Origin: an uncultured Bacteroidales bacterium | GTDB lineage: Bacteria; Bacteroidota; Bacteroidia; Bacteroidales; WCHB1-69 | Direction: 5' to 3' | Assembly: GCA_900315705.1 (NCBI GenBank) | Contig: ONAB01000002.1 | Coordinates: 60,399 to 124,398, forward strand | Length of the DNA stretch: 64,000 bases | Part shown: positions 47,372-56,956 of the stretch, in pieces | Layout: the number at the start of each line of letters is the position of its first letter | How positions within the stretch are numbered: position 1 is the first letter of the stretch | Translations under genes and position numbers: made by a program | The notes under the pieces: model-generated | The model's input: only the letters and a program-made list of their open reading frames with translations | Told to the model about the DNA's origin: nothing | The model's database searches: none

Positions 47372-47875
47372 TCAAAACTCTTTTTGACCAGTCCTTATGA
47401 AATATTCCTCCTGAATGGCAGCAAAGGTCGCGACAACGGCTATGATGACCATTGGCACGACAGATTCCAGAAACAGGGTCAATGGAACTCCGATGAAAAG
47501 CAGAAGACCAGCCGCTTTGTTGGCGATGGTGTGCGGAAAACGACATTTCTTGTACATCACTATGGCGGAAATCTGATTGATGACTTTGATGACGATGATT
47601 GCCGCGCCCCAGAACCAAAGCCAATGGGGAAGTGCTAAAATAGGGATCAACTTTATGCAGCAGCCGACCACAAACGCCAAATCTGCAAGACTATCTAACA
47701 GCGCTCCTGTTTTGCTTTCGCAGTGGAGTTTCCTTGCCAAGAAACCATCTGCCATATCGCTCAGTCCACAGGCGAAATATATTACCCAAAAAGCGACACT
47801 TCTCACATCGAAGAAGAGGAGACCGAAAGCGCCAAGGAACCGGAAGGCTGTTATGAAGTTTGGGAGGTGCTTCAT
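47372..47875 (-). CDS. CDP-alcohol phosphatidyltransferase family protein
   Basis: Exact D-G-x2-A-R-x8-G-x3-D-x3-D motif in DMADGFLARKLHCESKTGALLDSLADL. Start set at ATG 47875 (MKHLPNFIT). Confidence 0.8.
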   Translation of the reverse strand: MKHLPNFITAFRFLGAFGLLFFDVRSVAFWVIYFACGLSDMADGFLARKLHCESKTGALLDSLADLAFVVGCCIKLIPILALPHWLWFWGAAIIVIKVINQISAIVMYKKCRFPHTIANKAAGLLLFIGVPLTLFLESVVPMVIIAVVATFAAIQEEYFIRTGQKEF

Positions 47876-48003
47876 TTGACTATAAAATTCGCGACCGCAA
47901 ACACCAGATGGCATATGGCAAAGCCGGCGGCTGCCACCACGGCCGGAGCCAGATTCGGGAGGTTTGCATTGTCATTTCATCTCAGTGAACATCTTTGAAA
48001 ATC

Positions 48004-49128
48004 TTATGCCTCTTTGACTTCGCACAGAAGCAGGTCGCTGCAGTTCGACCGAACCTCTTCGAAAATCTCCCGGCATCGTTGCGCGCTCATTCTGTTTTTT
48101 GTTCCCACTTCCACCATGTCGTTCAAGGTAGGATGGCCTGTGCCGTTGACGGAAGTGGCGTGTTCGCCGTTATAACCCTCCGTGCAGAGCGTCAAGTCGT
48201 ATGCGGGAGCAAGATGCCAAGTATATTGTCCTTTTCTGACTTCCGAAACCATGAAACTGAAATTCTTGCAGTGGTCGTCCTTGTTGTCAGTCAGATAGTT
48301 AAAAACCATTCGACGGAACATCTCTTCCACCTCTTTGGCATTTTGGGTGAGGAAGCCTGTCAGCGCAAGAAGGTTGGTGTAGTCGAGAAACGGTGTGTTC
48401 AACGATAGGCACAGCAATCCGCCTGCCGTGACGGTATGGATGCGCTTGCCGTTGGGCGCAATGTCGAAGCGACGTGTTGTAAAATAGCGACCGTTGGTTA
48501 GCTTGCAATCGGGAACATCAATGCCGCATTGTTTGGCCACCTCGTTATAGTGGAACTCCTGCCGCCCGACATCGACAGGGTCGTAATAGTGACGGAACTT
48601 TATAAGCCAATGTCCCTCACTATCGCTGAAAACGGCCTTGGGACGTGCCCCTCCGCTATTTCCACTTTTGTAAAGAAGCAATCCGGCATCGGTGTCTTGT
48701 TGTTCTTTCAACACCTCCAATGCTTTCTGTTGAAGCAAGTCAAAATCAGTTATGTTGTTTTCTTTAACAACCACTGTTTCAGGATGGTAGGTTAAAGCAC
48801 CCATGCCACTGTTGCCCACGATGCTCAATCGGTCAAGGGCGGAAAGGTCGGTGTCGTTGATGCCTTCACGCAGCAAGGCCTTGTGAAGCAGGTAGCGGCC
48901 GTAGCCATCGGGAAGACTGTCTTCGAAGATGCCAAAATTACCATGAAAAGGCTGGGGGTTGGCAATAAATAAGCCCTTTTTTAACGGGAGTTCGAGGGGC
49001 GAAATGCTGAACCCGTCAGCCAGCCATGTTCGGTCATACTCAAAGGCACAGAGACGGTCGTCGGGGGTGAGGGAAAGCGTCCCGACGATATTATCGTGAT
49101 AATTGATGGTTAATTTGTCGATTTTCAT
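48004..49128 (-). CDS. hipA: HipA-family serine/threonine kinase toxin
   Basis: N-terminal coupling-domain-like MKIDKLTINYHDNIVGTLS. Kinase core with SGNSGGARPKAV and catalytic-loop NKDDHCKNFSF. Confidence 0.8.
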   Translation of the reverse strand: MKIDKLTINYHDNIVGTLSLTPDDRLCAFEYDRTWLADGFSISPLELPLKKGLFIANPQPFHGNFGIFEDSLPDGYGRYLLHKALLREGINDTDLSALDRLSIVGNSGMGALTYHPETVVVKENNITDFDLLQQKALEVLKEQQDTDAGLLLYKSGNSGGARPKAVFSDSEGHWLIKFRHYYDPVDVGRQEFHYNEVAKQCGIDVPDCKLTNGRYFTTRRFDIAPNGKRIHTVTAGGLLCLSLNTPFLDYTNLLALTGFLTQNAKEVEEMFRRMVFNYLTDNKDDHCKNFSFMVSEVRKGQYTWHLAPAYDLTLCTEGYNGEHATSVNGTGHPTLNDMVEVGTKNRMSAQRCREIFEEVRSNCSDLLLCEVKEA

Positions 49129-49469
49129 TTCCTATACGCTTTTGTCTTGCCGGAATTATGTCGTATTTGCGTCAGTTCTTCCATAGTTGAGTATTTTGGG
49201 GTGGCGAAAACGCTTTTGATTTCAGCGGCGTAGCCCAATGCCATTGCCAGCATGATCAGGTTTTTCAGTGAGATGAGACCTTTTTGTTCGAACCGTGCCA
49301 CGTTGCTCACAGCGACACTGGCTTGCTCGGCCACTTGCTCGCGTGTCAAACCCTTCTCCACCCTGCGGTGGCGGAAATCAGCCGCTATCTGCATGCTGAT
49401 GGCGTCGGCATTATCGTGCAAATAGCCCTCAAGAACTGACAATATATTGTCTGTATTGTTTGTATTCAT
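49125..49469 (-). CDS. hipB: XRE-family HTH antitoxin (HipB-like)
   Basis: HTH LTREQVAEQASVAVSNVARFEQKG. Its stop overlaps the hipA start by 4 nt. Confidence 0.7.
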   Translation of the reverse strand: MNTNNTDNILSVLEGYLHDNADAISMQIAADFRHRRVEKGLTREQVAEQASVAVSNVARFEQKGLISLKNLIMLAMALGYAAEIKSVFATPKYSTMEELTQIRHNSGKTKAYRK

Positions 49470-49498
49470 ATAGAAACAACTAAAATATTAGCAGTTGC

Positions 49499-49506
49499 AA
49501 AAATAC
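49499..49506 (-). promoter_or_regulatory. candidate -7 box (reverse complement TATTTTTG)
   Basis: 30 nt upstream of ATG 49469. Confidence 0.5.
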
Positions 49507-49564
49507 ATTTTTTTGGGATAATATCAATATGAAAAGAGAAAAAATGTTTTCCGGCAGTTGTTTT

Positions 49565-50017
49565 CTATAGATAATTCACCACCCCGAAAATCAGGTGGCA
49601 CACCGTAAAGCCGGCGGCTAATACCACGGCCGGAAGATTCTTGCGGTCGGCGGCAAAGAGGATGAACGCCAAGCAGGGCGGGACAGTCAGCAGAAGGATG
49701 ACGGTGGGGCTCACATTGGCTGTGTAATAGAGCGCCCAGCCGATGTAATATATTGCGACGCAAACAATTGCAGTGATAATAAGGGGCGAAAAACGAAGTT
49801 TGCTTCTGTCATTATGAATAACGAAGCAGAGGCACGCGACGGTCAGCACTTGGAACACGGAGCCGATGGCGTCCACCACCGGCGTGACCGAATCCGTGCG
49901 CAGGATGTCGTTCGGTGCGGGAACGGCGAACCAGATGAAATTGGGGAGCATCACCAGCAGGAAGAGAAGCAAGCCCCACGGGTCGAAGCCGAAACGGTAT
50001 TGTTTTAGCGGTTTCAT
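49565..50017 (-). CDS. membrane protein, family not recognised
   Basis: 150-aa ORF with four or five hydrophobic helices and GC-rich coding composition. Confidence 0.5.
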   Translation of the reverse strand: MKPLKQYRFGFDPWGLLLFLLVMLPNFIWFAVPAPNDILRTDSVTPVVDAIGSVFQVLTVACLCFVIHNDRSKLRFSPLIITAIVCVAIYYIGWALYYTANVSPTVILLLTVPPCLAFILFAADRKNLPAVVLAAGFTVCHLIFGVVNYL

Positions 50018-50044
50018 AGTGCTTGATAATCATAAAGTTGTGAT

Positions 50045-51340
50045 TCAATCGGTGAAGCAGACGCTTGCACCATATAGCGGCATATTGGTCATCCGTTCCT
50101 GTTCGCGGTAAGGACTCATCGAAAAACGGATGGCTGTTAAATCTTTATGTTTTTGCAAAATGGTCTTCAAGGATTTCGATTGAAGATTTTCCTCAGCCTT
50201 CACTTCAACAGGCACAATCTGCGTGCCGTATTGAACAACGAAATCAATCTCGAGACGACTATTTTCGCGACTGTAGTAGAAAGGCAACCTTCCTGTTCCC
50301 GCCACTAATTGAGTACATACATAGTTTTCCGTAAACATACCTTTCCCTTCCCCCATATTGTTGGGCATCAGAAGCAGTTCGGCAGGAGTGCCGGCCAAGG
50401 CGCCTAACAGTCCAACATCCAAAAGGTACAATTTGAATGTGGAAATATCCTCGTACAGGTTCAAGGGCATCGCAGGGGTGGACACACGTGGTACACGGAG
50501 GACTAACCCAGCATCAACAAGCCATTGTATGGCAAGCTCGAAATCCTTGGCGCGCCCTCCTTCACGCACGACACCATAGATGAATTTTTTGTTTTCCTTG
50601 GAAAGTTGTGATGGCATGGATCGCCAAACCTGCGAAATCCTCTTTATTTCAGTGGGAGTGGTGTGTTTTGCCATATCGCTGGCGTATGCGGATAGTATTT
50701 CGTCCTGTGCCTTTCTAACGATATTGGCATCGTTTGTTTCTCTGAAAAGGGAAACCACACCAGGCATTCCCCCAACAAAATAATATTCGCGCAAAAGTTG
50801 AATCAATACAGTATGTATTCCTCGGAGAGTGTCCCAATCCCTTTTTCGCAAGAGATCAACTAAAAGATCTTTTCCTTTGGCTCTCAAAAACTCATCAAAA
50901 GTCATCGGATACATTTTAATGATGTTCACTTTGCCGACGGGAAATGACTCCCCGTGTCGCATCGTGACCCCTAACAAGGAACCTGCAACGCATACATGCT
51001 GTTCTGGTGCATTTTCGCAGAAATACTTGAGAGAAGAGAGACCTCGCTGCAGTTCCTGCACTTCATCGAGGATAATCAACGTTTCTCCAGGTATGATGGT
51101 CTCTCCCGTTATTGCGCTGATACTGAGCAAAATTCGATCTATGGCATAATCCTCTGTGAACAAATCCTTTACACGCTCGTTATGGTCGCAGTTGATATAT
51201 GCTACATTTTTATAGAAAGATTGTCCAAAGTACTTTAATATATACGTTTTGCCTACCTGTCGTGCACCCAACAGAAGCAAGGGCTTCCTATATGGTGACA
51301 TTTTCCAATTGATCAGCTCATTAATAACATTTCTATACAT
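50045..51340 (-). CDS. AAA ATPase with DUF4143-type C-terminal domain
   Basis: Walker A GARQVGKTY, Walker B LIILDEVQ, C-terminal LEIDFVVQYGTQIVPVEVK. Start set at ATG 51340 (MYRNVINEL), 22 nt after a -7 box. Confidence 0.8.
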   Translation of the reverse strand: MYRNVINELINWKMSPYRKPLLLLGARQVGKTYILKYFGQSFYKNVAYINCDHNERVKDLFTEDYAIDRILLSISAITGETIIPGETLIILDEVQELQRGLSSLKYFCENAPEQHVCVAGSLLGVTMRHGESFPVGKVNIIKMYPMTFDEFLRAKGKDLLVDLLRKRDWDTLRGIHTVLIQLLREYYFVGGMPGVVSLFRETNDANIVRKAQDEILSAYASDMAKHTTPTEIKRISQVWRSMPSQLSKENKKFIYGVVREGGRAKDFELAIQWLVDAGLVLRVPRVSTPAMPLNLYEDISTFKLYLLDVGLLGALAGTPAELLLMPNNMGEGKGMFTENYVCTQLVAGTGRLPFYYSRENSRLEIDFVVQYGTQIVPVEVKAEENLQSKSLKTILQKHKDLTAIRFSMSPYREQERMTNMPLYGASVCFTD

Positions 51341-51361
51341 ACTGATGATTTTATCCAGCTG

Positions 51362-51369
51362 CAAAAATA
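51362..51369 (-). promoter_or_regulatory. candidate -7 box (reverse complement TATTTTTG)
   Basis: 22 nt upstream of ATG 51340. Confidence 0.5.
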
Positions 51370-51478
51370 CAAAAAAATGAGCGACTATCTTAAAATATAA
51401 CACATTTTTATGAGTGACTTTCTTGTTAAAAACACAATTTTATGTAATATGCTGAATAGTAATTAAATACAACATAAT

Positions 51479-52732
51479 CTACATCTTTATATACTTTGGG
51501 AATGCCTCGTTACGCATAATCCCCCACATCTTGTCGATATAGGAGAGGGTATAGAACTGCTCGTAGTAATGGTAGTAAAACGCCCCTTTCGTTGTCATTG
51601 AATAGATGTTGTTTTCTTTTGTAAGGAAGCCCAATTTCTGCGCCAACCAAAATTCAAAGCCATACATTTTTTTCAGCGGCACACCGAAAAACTGTTCAAA
51701 CGTTCTCTCATCCAATTGCATACTGTACAGCGTCCAAAAGAGGTAATACACCATTCGTTGTCTCAGAGAGAACCTGATGGTCAATGAGATGGGCAACTCG
51801 CCGCCGTTTATCCTTTTGCAATATTCATCAACAGAAAAGGTGTTTATTTTGAATTGATTTTTTAACAGGGTGGTGGCGGAACAGCCAAAGCCAAGGAAGT
51901 TGTCCCGTGTCATAGAAGAATATTTGGCTTCTTTCTTGTTTGAGAACGTCCAAATGGAGTCACGATAATATCCTTGTTGCTTGAAATAGGCCGTTATTTG
52001 ATCCAAAAGTTGCTTTTTTTGTTTCTTCGGCATTGATTTCACTTCACTTTTGGTGAACGAGAAATCAATAAACGGATAAATAGCGACGTGGTTGGCTCCG
52101 TTTCTGAAAGCGATATCCACATCCGATTTGATATCTTCGCATGTTTGGTTGGGCAATGCAAATATAAAATCCATCGAAACAGTCTCAAACGCAACCTTGT
52201 CCAAGGCTTCTTTCAATTTGGCAGGATCCACCTGCTTTCGTCCTAAGACAGTTTGGAATTTTTCTGAAAAAGCCTGGATTCCGACACTGATTTTCGTAAC
52301 GCCCGCTGCCTTAAGTTTCCATAGTGTCTCAACCGTCACGTTATCGGGATGCAGTTCCACGCCAACACCTTCTGTAACAATGAAATATTCGTTAATTACC
52401 TCTATGATTTCGCCGATTCTGTCCGCCACCAAAGCCGGTGTCCCGCCCCCGAAATACAAACTGGTCGTCTCTTTCTTGCAGTCATATTGACTGCCGACCA
52501 TACGTATTTCCTGTATCAGCGCATCGATGTATTTATCACATAACTCCTTGTTGTATATTGTTTTGCAATATGGGCAAAACGTGCAAATGCTTTTGCAAAA
52601 GGGAATATGGACATAAAGTCCGAGTTTGTCACAATCCTCAAAAGGAAGATGACGGTCATACTCATTTTCAAACAGAAACGGTTTGAAAGATCGGGTGAGG
52701 CAAGTTCTGGTGAAGGTCGTAATCAAACTCAT
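51479..52732 (-). CDS. HemN/HemW-like (class C type) radical SAM protein
   Basis: YVHIPFCKSICTFCPY (CxxxCxxC) and YFGGGTPAL. Start set at ATG 52732 (MSLITTF), 26 nt after the upstream stop. Confidence 0.75.
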   Translation of the reverse strand: MSLITTFTRTCLTRSFKPFLFENEYDRHLPFEDCDKLGLYVHIPFCKSICTFCPYCKTIYNKELCDKYIDALIQEIRMVGSQYDCKKETTSLYFGGGTPALVADRIGEIIEVINEYFIVTEGVGVELHPDNVTVETLWKLKAAGVTKISVGIQAFSEKFQTVLGRKQVDPAKLKEALDKVAFETVSMDFIFALPNQTCEDIKSDVDIAFRNGANHVAIYPFIDFSFTKSEVKSMPKKQKKQLLDQITAYFKQQGYYRDSIWTFSNKKEAKYSSMTRDNFLGFGCSATTLLKNQFKINTFSVDEYCKRINGGELPISLTIRFSLRQRMVYYLFWTLYSMQLDERTFEQFFGVPLKKMYGFEFWLAQKLGFLTKENNIYSMTTKGAFYYHYYEQFYTLSYIDKMWGIMRNEAFPKYIKM

Positions 52733-52758
52733 AGGCAAAAACAATCTCGTTCGCTGTT

Positions 52759-53664
52759 TTATATGTACTTTGAGTAAGTTTTCAGCGCTTCCAGAGTGAT
52801 TTTCAAGTTCCCTTTGAAGAGAAGTGTATATTCTGCCACGAAAAAATAGCCACACTCCTCACATAAGCCGGGTACGTCAATGCAGCGTCCGCATACCGAG
52901 ATCTTGCCGTTTTCGATAATCAGACTTTGATGACAAGGGGTCGGGAAAGAGTTGTTTATCAAATAGGGAAATGCGCTTTTAAGGTTGAAAATGGGGAATC
53001 CTTCGTCCTTCATCTGCGAAATCTGATCACAAACAGCCCTTTTTTCTTCAACAGACAAAAGGAGCTCTTTCGTGTCAGGGTAAGGCGTGTGAAAATTAAA
53101 CGACACCGATTTGACATTCTCCGTCTCATTTGTAATCCGGCACACCTCCCTCACTGCGTCTTTGTTGATTTTGTTGATGGCCATATAAAGACAAATGTTC
53201 TTCGCATTGGCATTTTTGACATTCGCCATAATGGTGTCGTATGTGTTGCCTCTTATGGCGTTGTGCCGCTCTTTGTCTCCATCAAGGCTGACCAAGATCA
53301 AATCCGCTTCAGGCAAAATGATCGGAAAAGTTCCGTTCGTGACCACATTTACAATCATAAAACCCATTTTCTTGGCCTCCACCACCAAATCCCGGACTGT
53401 TAAATCGCCGTCATTCCACAGGAACGGTTCTCCACCATAGAGAAACAGGATTCTCACACCCAGATCATACAATGTTTGCATATCTTTTTTAATTTGGGTG
53501 TATGGGTTCACGATTTCCGTGATATTGTTCACCGAACAATGCTTGCACCTCAAATTGCACCTGTCGGTTATGATTATTGACCCGACGATGGGGCCTTTTT
53601 TCTTGAACAGGGCAGTTTTAATCCAGAAATTGGCAAGATACCAATAGGAAGAAGCTTTCATCAC
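52759..53664 (-). CDS. radical SAM protein with C-terminal Cys cluster
   Basis: ITDRCNLRCKHCS (CxxxCxxC), LYGGEPFL, C-terminal CHQS...CGRCIDVPGLCEECG. Its start overlaps the upstream stop by 4 nt. Confidence 0.75.
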   Translation of the reverse strand: MMKASSYWYLANFWIKTALFKKKGPIVGSIIITDRCNLRCKHCSVNNITEIVNPYTQIKKDMQTLYDLGVRILFLYGGEPFLWNDGDLTVRDLVVEAKKMGFMIVNVVTNGTFPIILPEADLILVSLDGDKERHNAIRGNTYDTIMANVKNANAKNICLYMAINKINKDAVREVCRITNETENVKSVSFNFHTPYPDTKELLLSVEEKRAVCDQISQMKDEGFPIFNLKSAFPYLINNSFPTPCHQSLIIENGKISVCGRCIDVPGLCEECGYFFVAEYTLLFKGNLKITLEALKTYSKYI

Positions 53665-54278
53665 AGTGTTTCGATGGTTTTCTGCAATGCCTCGAGAAAC
53701 CGTGCCGCATCACCGCCGTCCATCTGCACGTGGTGGAACTGGAACGAGACCGGCAGTTTGGTCTTGAACCACTCTTTGCGGTACTTGCCCCACATCACCA
53801 TCGGGTTAAGGAACTTGTCGGTGTATTGGTTGACGATGCAGTCGAGCTCGGTCTGGATCATCGCAGAGGTGCCGACGATCATATAGCCGTCAAGGAAGCT
53901 GCTCTCGCACGTCTCCGCGACCTTGGTGGTCAGCGCGACGTAGTCGCGGTTGAACTGCTTCAGGTCGTCAGAGAATGGGATGTCGCAGGAGTTGATGCCG
54001 CCTTTGCGGTTGCGCACCACCACGTTGATGGCGATCTGGTCGTAGCGGAAGAGTTTGCCGTCCTCGGGCAGCAGATGCAGTTCCTCAGTCAGGCTGGCGG
54101 TCTTCCCGATGCACCAGCACATCAGCGTGTTGAACTTGATGCCGCTCTTCTTGCTGGCTCTCAGCAGTTTGCTCACGTTCATCGTCTTCACCAGCGTCAC
54201 CATCGGCATCGGCGCGGTCATCCACATTTCGAAGGCGAAGGCGCGCGGGGTCTCTTTGGGGCTTATTTCTTGTTTCAT
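53661..54278 (-). CDS. chloramphenicol-acetyltransferase-fold (CAT-like) acyltransferase
   Basis: 205 aa with the catalytic-His context QFHHVQMDGGDAARF, comparable to HHAVCDG of type A CATs. Confidence 0.7.
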   Translation of the reverse strand: MKQEISPKETPRAFAFEMWMTAPMPMVTLVKTMNVSKLLRASKKSGIKFNTLMCWCIGKTASLTEELHLLPEDGKLFRYDQIAINVVVRNRKGGINSCDIPFSDDLKQFNRDYVALTTKVAETCESSFLDGYMIVGTSAMIQTELDCIVNQYTDKFLNPMVMWGKYRKEWFKTKLPVSFQFHHVQMDGGDAARFLEALQKTIETL

Positions 54279-54296
54279 TGCAATTTCAACTGTTCT

Positions 54297-54878
54297 TTAC
54301 CGTCTTTTTAGTATTACGATTTCGGCATCCGCACCATCCTTCCCGTACTCGCTCACGAGGATGTAGTGTTCGTCGCAGGCAATCCCGAAACAACGGCCGT
54401 CGCCTTTTTCCACTTGGTTGCCCCAATAGGTGGCATTGTCATCAAGGAGTTTCACCTTGTTGCCGTTGATGGTGTACTCCATATTGACAAACGAGCCCTG
54501 CAGCACGAAGAGGTTGTCGATTTTGGGCAAACCGTTGATGCCGAGCGCGTTCACCTCTTCAATCAGTTGTTGCTTGATGAGTGAGGTGGCGTGCGGCAGC
54601 TGGTCAGCGGGCAGTCGCCAGCGTTTGAGGGTGGGATAGAACTGGCGCAGCATCGACTTCAACTCCTCTTGGGTGAGGTTTTGGCCGGTGTTCTTGTTGT
54701 ACTCATCCACGAACTTGGCGCAGGACTCCACCATTTCTTCCATTGTCAAGTCGTCGGTGAAAACGCCGTCTTTGTAGCAGTAGATGCAGTATTCTTCGTT
54801 TTTGCTTCCGTCGGAGTTAGTGCCGAGGATTTCATTGGTGAGCGGCATTCCGCAACTCTGGCAAATTTTCTGTTCCAT
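54297..54878 (-). CDS. zinc-ribbon domain protein
   Basis: N-terminal CQSCGMPL...EYCIYCYKDG four-Cys ribbon. The C-terminal ~110 aa are unassigned. Confidence 0.55.
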   Translation of the reverse strand: MEQKICQSCGMPLTNEILGTNSDGSKNEEYCIYCYKDGVFTDDLTMEEMVESCAKFVDEYNKNTGQNLTQEELKSMLRQFYPTLKRWRLPADQLPHATSLIKQQLIEEVNALGINGLPKIDNLFVLQGSFVNMEYTINGNKVKLLDDNATYWGNQVEKGDGRCFGIACDEHYILVSEYGKDGADAEIVILKRR

Positions 54879-54913
54879 TATTTTTGTGTATGATATTTAG
54901 TTGTAATGATTTG

Positions 54914-54921
54914 CAAAATTA
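54914..54921 (-). promoter_or_regulatory. candidate -7 box (reverse complement TAATTTTG)
   Basis: 36 nt upstream of ATG 54878. It would serve the four-gene operon 54878-51479. Confidence 0.45.
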
Positions 54922-55012
54922 CACTTTTTCCCAAACCACCGAATTACCAAGGCCAACAATATGAGGTAGCCAAAGAGGATGAGCAGGCAAAGGTACACAA
55001 AACAGTCGTTGG

Positions 55013-55819
55013 TCAATAGTGCCGCAATTCTTCTGGGGCGAAGCTGAATACGGAGATGTGGAGGGTTTCACCGTCATCATTCAGGATGAACCAAGGATTA
55101 CGGCGAGGGTGTGCCACGTTTCGCAGGAGGTGCATTTCGCGAGCGGGAGTGTTCCCTTCCACGCATAGGACGGCCACCTTGCCAGACCTGTTTCGGGCCA
55201 CGTCCACCACCTGCACGGCGTGGCCGTATTGATGGCCATCGCGGGCCGGATAGACCAACACATCGCCCGGCTGAACATCCCGAACGGGGCGAGGCGTCGT
55301 TTCCCGGTACAGAGACGCCGTATTGCACATCCCATAGACTCCTTTCAGATAACTCTCAAAGGCATTTCTATTCTTACCTCCCTGATACTGCATCTTTTGC
55401 CCGTTGACATCCGTAAAGCAAATATCCTTAAAGCGGCCCATCTTGTACAAATACTCGGCGCGGATTCTCATCGTCACATCGGCGCATTGCTCAAAGTTGG
55501 AAAGCAGTTTCATATCCACCACCGCGGCCGAGAGCCACTGGTAATTGGCGTCCCCGCCCGTATAGAGCTGAACCTTATTCCCTTGGGGTTTCAAGGGTAA
55601 TGAGCGAAGATAAGCGGTGTAGCTTTTATCCTGTGGTTCAATTCTTTGGTAACCGAAAGGCACCGGTATTTCTCCGATATACCGAGCGTTTCCATTGTTG
55701 CTGGTTTTTGACGAACAAGCCCACCACGCCCAGATGCCACCGAAAGCCAACAGGAGAGCGACTGCCATCAAGACAGCGAGTTTCCTGCGTTTTTTAATGT
55801 TCGGGGATTTTTCTTTCAT
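55013..55819 (-). CDS. N-terminally anchored protein of unknown function
   Basis: Start set at ATG 55819 (MKEKSPNIKKRRKLAVLMAVALLLAFGGIWAWW). GC-rich coding composition. I am not sure of the family. Confidence 0.5.
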   Translation of the reverse strand: MKEKSPNIKKRRKLAVLMAVALLLAFGGIWAWWACSSKTSNNGNARYIGEIPVPFGYQRIEPQDKSYTAYLRSLPLKPQGNKVQLYTGGDANYQWLSAAVVDMKLLSNFEQCADVTMRIRAEYLYKMGRFKDICFTDVNGQKMQYQGGKNRNAFESYLKGVYGMCNTASLYRETTPRPVRDVQPGDVLVYPARDGHQYGHAVQVVDVARNRSGKVAVLCVEGNTPAREMHLLRNVAHPRRNPWFILNDDGETLHISVFSFAPEELRHY

Positions 55820-56003
55820 AAGGTGAAAATAAAGGTTTATCGGCGAAAAATGTTTTTCTGCAATGAATATGGTGGAGGAACGTTGGAACGGCTGGGTGAC
55901 CGAGGTGGAAGGGACCATACGCGACATCAAAGACCATCCTGACAATTACGAAGGCAGCACCGTGCCCATCAAATGTATCCGTTCTGAGAAAATCCGGCAC
56001 ACG

Positions 56004-56714
56004 CTAAAAGGCATTCACTATTGGAGGGCTTGGCTCTCCTATTTGGCGGCCACAATGCGCCAGCACCACCACAAACTCCCCTTTCACCTCGCCCTGGCCG
56101 AAGTGGGCCAAGGCCTCCGCCAGCGTGCCGCGGAAGGTGAACGCGTGAATCTTGGATATCTCCTTGGAAATGGCAACCATCCGGTCGGGGCCGATAATCT
56201 CCACCATCTTTTCCAACGACTTCACCAGGCGATGGGGTGACTCATAGAAAGCCACGGTCTCCTCCATCTCTGCAAACCGTTTGAGCAGCGTCTCTTTCCC
56301 TTTCTTATGGGGAAGGAAACCGTAGAAGTAGAAGCGGTCGCAGGGGATGCCCGACTGCACGAGGGCGGGCACGAGGGCCGTGGGGCCGGGCAGGCACTCC
56401 ACCTCAACGCCTTCCGCCACACAGGCGCGCACCAACAGGAAGCCGGGGTCGGAAATGCCCGGGGTGCCGGCATCGCTCACCAGCGCCACACTTTCAGAAG
56501 CCTTGATTTGGGAAATAATCGCGTCGAGCCGTTCGTGTTCGTTAAAGATGTGATAGGCCACGCATCGTTTATCTATCTCAAAGTGTTTCAACAAGTTTCT
56601 GGTAGTACGGGTATCCTCGCATAGGATAAAGTCCACGGACTGCAGCACCTTGAGGGCGCGCAGGGTGATGTCTTCGAGATTGCCGATGGGGGTCGGAACG
56701 ATATAGAGTTTCAT
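56004..56714 (-). CDS. rsmI: 16S rRNA (cytidine1402-2'-O)-methyltransferase
   Basis: MKLYIVPTPIGNLEDITLRALKVLQSVDFILCEDTRTT... is the typical RsmI N-terminus. Start set at ATG 56714, 20 nt after a -7 box. Confidence 0.85.
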   Translation of the reverse strand: MKLYIVPTPIGNLEDITLRALKVLQSVDFILCEDTRTTRNLLKHFEIDKRCVAYHIFNEHERLDAIISQIKASESVALVSDAGTPGISDPGFLLVRACVAEGVEVECLPGPTALVPALVQSGIPCDRFYFYGFLPHKKGKETLLKRFAEMEETVAFYESPHRLVKSLEKMVEIIGPDRMVAISKEISKIHAFTFRGTLAEALAHFGQGEVKGEFVVVLAHCGRQIGEPSPPIVNAF

Positions 56715-56733
56715 TGTGGTCGCATTTGGAGTG

Positions 56734-56741
56734 CAAAAATA
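56734..56741 (-). promoter_or_regulatory. candidate -7 box (reverse complement TATTTTTG)
   Basis: 20 nt upstream of ATG 56714. Confidence 0.5.
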
Positions 56742-56956
56742 CACAAAAAAATGTAAAAGGTGGCACCCTGCAATGGCATTACTATCCCGGAAGCGAACCT
56801 ATCGGACGTATCCACATTTTTGTTATCATGCACTCCTCAGTCCAAATTTGCAAAGCCGTCTCAGAATCTCCTTGCCCTAATACGACAACGTCTTGATTTA
56901 TGTTACCAAATTCTTCTCGAACTTCGTTTCCTCCAAGCCCGTTAGTGCTTCCATAT

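Noticed and set aside
53730-54311. 193-aa plus-strand ORF
   Set aside because: It is antisense to the CAT-like gene and shows His/Arg/Val-rich shadow translation.
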